A DNA stretch of 64,000 bases from Squalus acanthias (lineage: Eukaryota): contig CM059433.1 of the NCBI GenBank assembly GCA_030390025.1, positions 4,464,001 to 4,528,000 on the forward strand, read 5' to 3'. Below, one piece after another: positions 34,701 through 45,137 of this stretch. Both the position numbers and the translations under genes were made by a program. Positions within the stretch are counted from its first letter, which is position 1. Each line of letters opens with the position of its first letter. Below the pieces are notes generated by a model, which saw nothing but the letters and a program-made list of their open reading frames with translations, made no database searches and was not told the DNA's origin.

Positions 34701-36694
34701 TGTGTGTCTGTGTGTGTGTGTCTGTGTGTGTCTGTGAGTGTGTGTGTGTGTGTGTGTCTGTGAGTGTGTGTGTGTGTGTCTGAGTGTGTGTGTCTGAGTG
34801 TGTGTGTGTGTCTGAGTGTGTGTGTCTGAGTGTGTGTGTGTCTGAGTGTGTGTGTCTGAGTGTGTGTGAGTGTGTGTGTCTGAGTGTGTGTGTGTCTGTG
34901 TGTGTGTGTGTGTGTGTGTGTCTGAGTGTGTGTGTGTGTGTGTGTGTCTGTGTGTCTGTGAGTGTGTGTCTGTGAGTGTGTGTGTGTGAGTGTGTGTATC
35001 TGTGATTGTGTGTGTGAGTGTGAGTGTGTGTCTGTGAGTGTGTGTGTGTGTGTGTGTGTGTCTGTGAGTGTGTGTCTGTGAGTGTGTGTGTGTGAGTGTG
35101 TGTATCTGTGAGTGTGTGTGTGAGTGTGAGTGTGTGTCTGTGAGTGTGTGTGTGTGTGTGAGTGTGTGTGTGTCTGTGAGTGTGTGTGTGTGTGTCTGTG
35201 AGTGTGTGTGTGTGTGTGTGTGTCTGAGTGTGTGTCTGTGTGTGTGTGTGTCTGTGAGTGTGTGTGTCTGTGAGTGTGTGTGTGTGTCTGAGTGTGTGTG
35301 TGTCTGTGAGTGTGTGTGTGTGTGTGTCTGAGTGTGTGTCTGTGTGTGTGTGTGTCTGTGAGTGTGTGTGTCTGTGAGTGTGTGTGTGTGTCTGTGAGTG
35401 TGTGTGTGTGTCTGAGTGTGTGTGTGTCTGTGTGTGTCTGTGTCTGTGAGTGTGTGTGTGTCTGTGAGTGTGTGTGTGTCTGTGAGTGTGTGTGTCTGTC
35501 TGTGTGTGTGTGTGTCTGTGAGTGTGTGTGTGTGTGTGTGTGTCTGTGTGTGTGTGTGTCTGAGTGTGTGTGTGTGTGTCTGTGAGTGTGTGTCTGAGTG
35601 TGTGTGTGTGTCTGTGAGTGTGTGTGTCTGTGAGTGTGTGTCTGTGTGTGTGTGTGTGTGAGTGTGTGTGTCTGAGTGTGTGTGTGTGTCTGTGAGTGTG
35701 TGTGTGTGTGTCTGTGAGTGTGTGTGTCTGAGTGTGTGTGTGTCTGAGTGTGTGTGTCTGAGTGTGTGTGTGTCTGAGTGTGTGTGTGTCTGTGTGTGTG
35801 TGTCTGAGTGTGTGTGTCTGTGAGTGTGTGTGTGTCTGTGAGTGTGTGTGTGTGTGTCTGAGTGTGTGTGTCTGAGTGTGTGTGTGTGTCTGTGTGTGTG
35901 TCTGTGTGTGTGTGTCTGTGTGTGTCTGTGAGTGTGTGTGTGTGTGTGTGTCTGTGAGTGTGTGTGTGTGTGTCTGAGTGTGTGTGTCTGAGTGTGTGTG
36001 TGTGTGTCTGAGTGTGTGTGTGTGTCTGAGTGTGTGTGTCTGAGTGTGTGTCTGAGTGTGTGTGTGTGTGCGTCTGTGTGTGTGCGTCTGTGTGTGTGTG
36101 TCTGAGTGTGTGTGTCTGTGAGTGTGTGTGTGTGTGTCTGAGTGTGTGTGTGTCTGAGTGTGTGTGTGTGTGTCTGAGTGTGTGTGTCTGAGTGTGTGTG
36201 TGTGTGTCTGAGTGTGTGTGTGTGTGTCTGTGTGTGTGTGTCTGTGTGTGTGTGTCTGAGTGTGTGTGTCTGTGAGTGTGTGTGTGTGTGTGTCTGAGTG
36301 TGTGTGTCTGTGTGTGTGTGTCTGTGAGTGTGTGTGTGTGTGTGTCTGAGTGTGTGTGTGTGTGTCTGAGTGTGTGTGTGTGTGTCTGAGTGTGTGTGAG
36401 TGTGTCTGTGAGTGTGTGTGTGTGAGTGTGTCTGTGAGTGTGTGTGTGTGAGTGTGTGAGTGTGTCTGTGAGTGTGTGTGAGTGTGTCTGTGAGTGTGTG
36501 TGTGTGTGTCTGAGTGTGTGTGTGTGTGTCTGAGTGTGTGTGTGTGTGTCTGAGTGTGTGTGTGTGTGTGTCAGTGTGTGTGTGTGTCTGTGAGTGTGTG
36601 AGTGTGTGTCTGTGAGTGTGTGTGTGTGAGTGTGTGTATCTGTGAGGGTGTGTGTGATAGTGAGTGTGTGTCTGTGAGTGTGTGTGTGTGAGTG

Positions 36695-36729
<35 letters not shown>

Positions 36730-39306
36730 GTGTGTGTGTGTGTGAGTGTGTGTGTGAGTGTGTGTGTGTCTGTGAGTGTGTGTGTGTGTGTCTGTGAGTG
36801 TGTGTGTGTGTCTGAGTGTGTGTGTGTGTGAGTGTGTGTGTGAGTGTGTGTGTGTCTGTGAGTGTGTGTGTGTGTGTCTGTGAGTGTGTGTGTGTGTGTG
36901 TGTCTGAGTGTGTGTCTGTGTGTGTGTGTGTCTGTGAGTGTGTGTGTGTGTGTGTCTGAGTGTGTGTCTGTGTGTGTGTGTGTCTGTGAGTGTGTGTGTC
37001 TGTGAGTGTGTGTGTGTGTCTGTGAGTGTGTGTGTGTGTCTGAGTGTGTGTGTGTCTGTGTCTGTGAGTGTGTGTGTGTCTGTGAGTGTGTGTGTGTCTG
37101 TGAGTGTGTGTGTGTCTGTGAGTGTGTGTGTCTGAGTGTGTGTCTGTCTGTGTGTGTGTGTGTCTGTGAGTGTGTGTGTGTGTCTGTGAGTGTGTGTGTG
37201 TGTCATGTGTGTGGGTGTGTCTGAGTGTGTGTGTGTGTGTCTGTGAGTGTGTGTGTGTGTCTGTGAGTGTGTGTCTGAGTGTGTGTGTGTGTCTGTGAGT
37301 GTGTGTGTGAGTGTGTGTGTCTGAGTGTGTGTGTGTGTCTGTGAGTGTGTGTGTGTGTGTCTGTGAGTGTGTGTGTCTGTGAGTGTGTGTGTCTGAGTGT
37401 GTGTGTGTCTGAGTGTGTGTGTCTGAGTGTGTGTGTGTCTGAGTGTGTGTCTGTGTGTGTGTGTCTGTGAGTGTGTGTGTGTCTGTGAGTGTGTGTGTGT
37501 GTGTCTGAGTGTGTGTGTCTGAGTGTGTGTGTCTGAGTGTGTGTGTGTGTCTGTGTGTGTGTCTGTGTGTGTGTGTCTGTGTGTGTCTGTGAGTGTGTGT
37601 GTGTGTGTGTGTCTGAGTGTGTGTGTCTGAGTGTGTGTCTGAGTGTGTGTGTGTGCGTCTGTGTGTGTGTGTCTGTGTGTGTGTGTCTGAGTGTGTGTGT
37701 CTGTGAGTGTGTGTGTGTGTGTGTGTCTGAGTGTGTGTGTGTGTGTCTGAGAATGTGTGTGTGTGTCTGAGTGTGTGTGTGTCTGTGTGTGTGTGTCTGT
37801 GTGTGTGTGTCTGAGTGTGTGTGTCTGTGAGTGTGTGTGTGTGTGTGTGTCTGAGTGTGTGTGTCTGTGTGTGTGTGTCTGAGTGTGTGTGTCTGTGAGT
37901 GTGTGTGTGTGTGTGTGTCTGAGTGTGTGTGTGTGTCTGAGTGTGTGTGTGTGTGTCTGAGTGTGTGTGAGTGTGTCTGTGAGTGTGTGAGTGTGTCTGT
38001 GAGTGTGTGTGTGTGAGTGTGTCTGTGAGTGTGTGTGTGTGAGTGTGTGAGTGTGTCTGTGAGTGTGTGTGAGTGTGTCTGTGAGTGTGTGTGTGTGTGT
38101 CTGAGTGTGTGTGTGTGTGTCTGAGTGTGTGTGTGTGTCTGAGTGTGTGTGTGTGTCTGTGAGTGAGTGTGTGTGAGTGTGTCTGAGTGTGTGTGTGTGT
38201 CTGAGTGTGTGTGTGTGTGTCTGAGTGTGTGTGTGTGTGTCTGAGTGTGTGTGTGTGTGTGAGTGTGTGTGTGTGTCTGAGTGTGTGTGTGTGTGTGAGT
38301 GTGTGTGTGAGTGAGTGTGTGTGAGTGTGTCTGAGTGTGTGTGTGTGTGTGTGTCTGAGTGTGTGTGTGTGTGTCTGAGTGTGTGTGTGTGTGTCTGAGT
38401 GTGTGTGTGTGTGTCTGTGAGTGTGTGAGTGAGTGTGTGTGAGTGTGTGTGTGAGTGTGTGTCTGAGTGTGTGTGTCTGAGTGTGTGTGTGTGTGTCTGA
38501 GTGTGTGTGTGTGTGTCTGTGTGTCCGTGTGTGTGTGTCTGAGTGTGAGTGTGTGTGTCTGTGAGTGTGTGTCTGTGTGTCTGTGTGTGTGTGTGTGTGT
38601 GTGTCTGTGTGTGTGTGTGTGTGTCTGTGAGTGTGTGTGTGTGTGTGTCTGTGAGTGTGTGTGTCTGAGTGTGTGTGTCTGTGTGTCTGTGTGTCTGTGT
38701 GTGTGTCTGTGAGTGTGTGAGTGAGTGTGTGTGAGTGTGTGTGTGAGTGTGTGTCTGAGTGTGTGTGTCTGAGTGTGTGTGTGTGTGTCTGAGTGTGTGT
38801 GTGTGTGTCTGTGAGTGTGTGAGTGAGTGTGTGTGAGTGTGTGTGTGAGTGTGTGTCTGAGTGTGTGTGTCTGAGTGTGTGTGTGTGTGTCTGAGTGTGT
38901 GTGTGTGTGTCTGTGTGTCCGTGTGTGTGTGTCTGAGTGTGAGTGTGTGTGTCTGTGAGTGTGTGTCTGTGTGTCTGTGTGTGTGTGTGTGTGTGTGTCT
39001 GTGTGTGTGTGTGTGTGTCTGTGAGTGTGTGTGTGTGTGTGTCTGTGAGTGTGTGTGTCTGAGTGTGTGTGTCTGTGTGTCTGTGTGTGTGTCTGTGAGT
39101 GTGTGTGTGTGTGTGTCTGTGTGTGTGTGTGTCTGAGTGTGTGTGTGTCTGTGTGTGTGTGTCTGTGAGTGTGTGTGTGTGTCTGTGTGTGTGTCTGTGA
39201 GTGTGTGTGTGTGTGTGTCTGTGAGTGTGTGTGTGTGTCTGTGAGTGTGTGTGTGTGTGTGTCTGTGAGTGTGTGTGTCTGAGTGTGTGTGTCTGTGTGT
39301 CCGTGT
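10725..39306. repeat. ~28.6 kb compound (TG)n/(CA)n-derived satellite array with higher-order structure
   Basis: Short TG runs punctuated by TCTGAG, TCTGTGAG, TCTG and GAG; rare marker variants recur at kilobase periods. Confidence 0.99.
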
Positions 39307-39609
39307 CCTCCATGGTGACTAGCCTGCTGATAATTACATTCACAATTCACTGGCGGGCACTCAGCACCTGTCGAACTGTAGCCCGACGGGAGACCGTGTT
39401 TTGAAAAGTGAAGGAAAAATTGAGGGGGAAAAGGGGAAAAAATCTGGGAGCTCAGGCTGTGGAAAAAAAAAGAAAACTTATCAATAAACTTCCTGATGTA
39501 ACTTACTGACCAATTAATACATTTCTGGTAATGTTCAGTTAATGGATGGTATTGCCAATACATCAGTCTCTGTTCCTCCAAGTCACACACCATCCTTAGA
39601 CATATATCA

Positions 39610-39624
39610 CCGTCAGATGGCGCT
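39610..39624 (+). promoter_or_regulatory. Candidate CTCF core motif
   Basis: CCGTCAGATGGCGCT versus consensus CCASYAGRKGGCRS; motif match only. Confidence 0.4.
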
Positions 39625-40169
39625 AAGGGGTTAAAATTTTTCCGCCTTGTGTTTGTGGTTAAAAAAAGTACAGACTGCCTGACTGACTTTGTCTGGTGGG
39701 AAGCAGCAATTGCATCTGAAGTTCAGAAGAAATCGTTCACCTGACTCTGAGTTACAGCAGAACTTAAGGTGAGTGTCAAAGACCCAGACTCACAAGCATT
39801 TCTGGTGTTCGGTTGGTCTTTCACATTTAGCGACCGAACATCTAGAGCTCACCTTCACACGTGGGATTATACCAACCTTATTCTAGAGCTACCTGGGTAG
39901 AATCAAAATACTGGGGGTGAAATTGGTCTTCGCCATAGCATGAACTGGACTTATAGCGAATCGGTGGCTCATGTTACACACTGTCTGAAAATCAGGCCCA
40001 GTGTAAATCGGGCTGCCAATTTGTTATGAGCCCGTGTCACCTTCCTACAAAGTAATTGTTTCCTGTTTATATCTGAATTCACATTGGGCTTCCCATTAAA
40101 CAAAGCTATCCAAAAATGTGAGAAAGCTGCTAATATGTTGGAGCTGGTAGCTCGAAACATATCAAACTT

Positions 40170-41165
40170 TAGGAACAGGAAAAGGCCTTTTGATTCAACA
40201 AGCCTGACTTTATTGGCCGTTCTCACCGCACCCACCTCCCGACCCATCCCCTCACCAGAAATGTATCTAGTTGTCTCTTTAGCTTATTTATAATAGTTGT
40301 TTCAATATCCTTCCCCGGTAACTTACTCCAGTGCCTCGATATTAACCCCTCCACCATGACAGGCGGGAGCACTTTGAGAGGTGGGGGGGGGTTAAACCCT
40401 AAAAAAATGGGGAAAACGTCCCCAACCCGCCACATACGCGCCCGTTGCCATTTTTATGGGGGCAGGTTTCGTGTCGTGCGAGTGACCCGCTGCGGAGTGG
40501 CGGCGCACTTCATTAACATATTTAAATCAGGCTCTTCAGAGCGCCATTGGGAACCCGATTTAAATCGAACAGCTGCGGGCCGGGTTTCCCAGGGCTCGGG
40601 AACCCCGGCAGTGAAATGAAAGCGGCAACGGCCGGCTCAAGAAGGTTACGTGCCGTTTACAGCACTGCTCATGGGCCAGAAGGAACAGGCCTGCTCCCCC
40701 CAGTCCCTCAAGGAAGCCTTCGGTCTCCCTCTCTGCCGATCGCAGCCTCTCTTCCCCCCCCACCCCACTCCGCCGCAAGTGGTGACCGCCTCCACCCTCC
40801 CTAACCCCCGCTCTTCAGCCTGCTCCGATCGCTGGAAGCCGTCCCCAAGGATCCGCGGCCAGGCCTCCTGCCGCTGGTTTTCCCACCCGGCCTGTCAATT
40901 TGTCCGGCTGCCGGGCGGGAAATGAAAGAAAAACGTTGTAATAAAGTCCTGGCGTTAAATTAGGCAGGAGCTCCACGTCCCCGGCCTTGCCGGATTCCCC
41001 GCGCTCCCAGCTCCCTCCCCACAAATATCGGGGGCCTTATATTTATTACCCTTTGTGTGAAACATCGCTGCCTGAATTCCCCATTTACTTCCCATTCCCT
41101 ATTTTGTAAATTATAACCCCTACCTTTGGAATCCTTGGTCAATTTATTTGTATCAGCTTTTATTT
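40170..41165 (-). mobile_element. Old CR1 LINE 3' fragment split by a MITE
   Basis: Minus translation ...RGYNLQ...FRQRCFTQRVINI (above 41037) continues as WSKLPGKDIETTIINKLKRQLDTFL (below 40331). Confidence 0.8.
40331..41036. mobile_element. Non-autonomous TIR element (MITE), probably Harbinger-type
   Basis: Imperfect TIRs GTGCCTCGATATT / AATATCGGGGGCC; GC-rich; removing it restores the CR1 reading frame. Confidence 0.75.
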
Positions 41166-41559
41166 TTCTTGTCAATTTTCTCCCCTCCCCTTCTCTCCTG
41201 GAGCCTCTGACTCTCTTCCATGGGGTCTGATTCAATGGGCACCTGTCGTCCTCCCGATTGCCAGCTGACCATTTTGATGCGTGTTGGTAGGTTATTTAAC
41301 TGTGCGTCAGCAGCTCGACCAAGCCCGATCTTGTTGTCACTCGCTCCTTCCCCGGTGTCGACACTCACACACACCTTGTTGAATAGCAGTCAGGAGCAGG
41401 AATCTCGCCTATTTTTTTTTAAAATTCCCTCCTTAATCCAAGGCATTTGCAGAGCCCCTACTGTCACAGTGGCTGAGATCACCTAACTCCGCAGAGACCA
41501 GCAATAAAACCTGGTCTGTACGGCTGAACTACTCGCTGACACGGCACAGACATCAGGCA

Positions 41560-43515
41560 TTATTGTGCCTGGCTTTCCTCAGTGAAAACTACTTCAAGGA
41601 CAATGTTTTTTTCCTTTTCCCCCACAATTAACCTCTTCCTGAATCCCCTTTCCCCTGTCCCTTCTTTCTCCACCTCAAATACTAAGCGTGAAAACTTTGT
41701 GGATTTCTTTGTCTCTAATATTGAGTCCATCTGTGTAGCTGCCTCCATTGTTTCTATCCTATCTCCCCCTTCCCGTCTATGTTCTTCAGCACCAGTCTTC
41801 AACCCAGTCCATCCCTGAATTCTTGTGATTTTGCAGTTTTTCCCTAATTTCTCCCTTGTTCCTGTCAAGCTCTTCTCTTTCATGACACCCACCTTTTGAT
41901 CCCCTCCCTCCCCACTCAACTCAACTAGTGTCAGCTGTGGCTCAGTGGGTAGCACACTTGCCTCTGAGTCAGAAGGTTGTGGGTTCAAGTCCCACTCAAG
42001 CACATAGATCTAGGCTGACACTGCAGTGCTGAGGGAGTGCTGCGCTGTCGGAGGTGCTGTCATTTGGATGAGACGTTAAACCCGAGGCCCCGTCTGCTCT
42101 CTCAGATGGACATAAAAGATCCCCAAGGCACTATTTTGAAGAAGAGCAGGGGAGTTATCCCCAGTGTCCTGGCCAATATTTATCCCTCAATCAACATAAC
42201 AAAAACAGATTATCTGGTCATTATCACATTGCTGTTTGTGGGAGCTTGCTGTGCGCAAATGGCTGCTGCGTTTCCCACATTACAACAGTGACTACACTCC
42301 AAAAAAGTACTTCATTGACTGCAAAGCGCTTTGGGACGTCAGGTGGTCGTGAAAGGCGCTATAGAAATGCAAGTCTTCTTTCTTTCTTCTTCCTGATCAC
42401 TCAAGCACTTTCCTGGCTCCCAAGCTAGTTGATATTGTCAGTGGTTCCTTTTCCTCAGGCATCATCTCCCTCCCTTTCAAAACCCCCATCATCACCCTCT
42501 CAAAAATCTATCCTTAACTCCTCTGTCTATTCTAACTAATGCCCTACCACTTATCTCTCTCAGGTCCTTGAACGTATTGTTGCCTCTTAGCTCCACGCCC
42601 ATCTCTTCTTAAACTCCGTTTGAATCCCTGCAATCCAACTTCTACACTCCCCACAGCACTAAAATGATAAAACTGTCTGATAACCTCTGTGACTGTGATG
42701 TGTTTTCTCTCCTTGACCTTTCCAACATCTTTGACATGGTTGTCTGTGCCATCCTCCTGCATTGCCCACCCTCTGTGTCCCGCTCCATGGAACTGATCAT
42801 GCGTTGGTTCTATTCATATCTATACAAATGCAGCCATTGCATCTCCAGCAATGGCTTCTCCTCCCTTCCTCCCTCACAAGACCCGCAAGGATCGAACTTT
42901 GGACCCCTCCTCTTCTTATGCCCCTCAGCGACATCATCTGTCAGCATGGGGTGAGCTGTCATATGTACAATGAGGACAACCAGTTCTATCTCTCCACAAC
43001 TTCTCTTGCCCAGCTCCAAGCCGTCAAACTGTTTATCTGACATCAGATCATGGATAAGCCACAACTTCCTCTCGGTCAACACTAGAAAATAAAAACCCAT
43101 TGTTTTCAGCTGCGCCACGAATTCTGCTCTCTCGCCACCGACTCCAACACCTCTCAGGTTGATCCCGACCGTTTGCTCCAATTGGCATCCTGTCTCATTC
43201 TGAGCCGAGCTTTAAACCTCACTTCCTATCCATCACCATGGCAGCCTACTTCCAACTCTATAATATCACCTGCCTCTGCTATCATCTCCGGCCCTCTTCC
43301 ATTGAAACCCTTACACCGACAACCTTGATTACTCCAATGCTGTCCTTCGAAGCCTCCCATAAACTCCAACTTGTCCAAAACTCTGCCAACCATAGCCTGT
43401 CCTTCACTAAGTCCTGCTGGCCTAACATCCCTGACTTCTCTGACCCACATTGGCTCCCTGTCCCTCAACACATTAAAGTTAAAATTCTCATCCTCGTTTA
43501 CAAGCCTCTCCAAAG
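41560..43515 (+). mobile_element. Degenerate L2-clade LINE ORF2 (RT) fragment
   Basis: Scattered motifs ENFVDFFVSNIESI, LLDLSNIFDMV, PQGSNFGPLLF, HMYNEDNQFYL (YADD-derived), KLQLVQNSA, HWLPVPQHIKVKILILVYK; many frameshifts. Confidence 0.85.
41928..42392 (+). mobile_element. DeuSINE (SacSINE1-like) inserted in the L2 fragment
   Basis: A/B boxes, Deu core, AAAGGCGCTATAGAAATGCAAGTCTTC tail. Confidence 0.93.
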
Positions 43516-43518
43516 CCT

Positions 43519-44480
43519 CATAAGAACATATTGGGCCGAAAATTGATCCCGGGACGCGAGAGTACGCACTGCGTACTCTCGCGTATTCCCTCTGCAATTG
43601 CCGGTTTTCTGCATGCCCTGCGCATGCGCTGAAAACCGGCACTTGGCTCTTCTGAAAAGGGGGCGGTTCCTCGGTGCATCGCGTGCGCGCTACAGGCTGC
43701 GCGCACGCTGTGCACTTCATGCTTTGGACGCGCAGGTAAGTAGGGAAGATTTTAGAAATGTAAAAAGGAGGAGTAAGACCCACTTTTAACAAGGTAAGTA
43801 GTGAATTAAGTATTTTTTTGAATTTTTTTTAACAGGTATATCTTTTTTAGAGACTTTAAAGACAGGTAAGTTTATTTTTATAACTTTTTAAAAGATTTTA
43901 AATTTTTTCAAAAATTTAATTTTTTATTTAAAATGGTTAATTTAATTAACTATACTTATTTTATTAATGTGATGGTTTTTTTTTTTTATTTAATTGAGGT
44001 TTAGCTGTTATTTTGGGGGGGTGTAAGATTCATAGATTTCACAGCCGTGCTGTGAAACTTATGAATGGAAGATGGTGTGCTGCCATTGGCTCTAACTGAG
44101 TCACGTGATCCCACAGCTCGCACGAATTCACTACGCCGCTGGGATACGCAAGCACTGCCCAGCTGATCTCTAGAACATGAAGTTCGTGCGAGCTGGATCT
44201 GAAAAAGCACAAGCGAGGTGAGAGATCGCGGGAAAGCCTTACCCCCGCGGGAACAGAGCGAGATCAATTTCTGGGCCAATAAATAGGAGCAGGAGCCGGC
44301 CATTCGGCCCCTCGAGCCTGCTCCGCCATTCGGCCCCTCGAGCCTGCCCCGCCATTCAATAAGATCATGGCTGATCTGATCTTGGCCTCAACTCCACTTT
44401 CCTGCCCGTTCCCCATAACCCTTGATTCCCCTGTTTTTCAAAAATCTGTCTATCTCCGCCTTGAATATATTCAAAGACTG
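43519..44480 (-). mobile_element. CR1 LINE 3' end whose tail is interrupted by a MITE
   Basis: CATAAGAACATA at 43519 resumes as AAATAGGAGCAGGAG...GATCATGGCTGATC at 44281; internal ~26 bp tandem duplication (CATTCGGCCCCTCGAGCCTG). Confidence 0.85.
43531..44279. mobile_element. ~750 bp MITE with internal palindromes
   Basis: TIRs TTGGGCCGAAAATTGATC / GATCAATTTCTGGGCCAA; CpG-rich ends, AT-rich centre. Confidence 0.85.
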
Positions 44481-45137
44481 AAAATCCTGATTTAGGTCCT
44501 TGTCCACCAATTGTTCACTCCTGGACTAGTACATACAAACAGGTAGCACCATGTTCCTTTTTTGACAGTGAGAATTTAGTTTATGAGCTCCCTCACCCTT
44601 CTTGAGTCTTCCCAGCTGAAAAGATGAGCTGGATACCTGCTCCCAGGCCTTTGCCAACACTGCCCTGTAATCAGGTATTCGGAGGTAGAGGAGAGCAACC
44701 CAGGAACACTCCCCCTGAGCTGCCCACGGGGCACAATTCAGTTCGGGAACCCTCCTTGCTGCAAGTTGAAGGGAGAACCTACATTTCCTGCCTCATCTGC
44801 TACGTTACCAGATGCCGGTCCATTTATTGTGCTCCTGTGATCTGCTCTGGTGTACTTTAATTCCACTCCAATCTGTCCCTAATGACTTAACCCACAGGTG
44901 CCACCCACTCTTAATCATGGCTGACTCCAAATTAGTCTGTTTCAGTGTTTTAATGACTGTACTATTCCTTTCCGCTGCACCTTTGGAGCACGTTCAATGG
45001 CGTATAATAAAGCTGCAAACCAGCGTTGCGAGCATGCACAGCTGAAGATTTTGTATGAAGAGTCGTCATTAGTATTCTTCTTCTTACATAAACAGCTCAC
45101 ATCCTCGTGCTAAACAGACAATAAAAGTCCAGATCCA

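Noticed and set aside
16342..39593. Giant 4821, 5792 and 796 aa His/Thr-rich ORFs and the many Cys/Val ORFs
   Set aside because: The CA-rich strand can only form a stop where the + strand has rare TCA/CTA/TTA; all frames are similarly open, so there is no frame-specific selection
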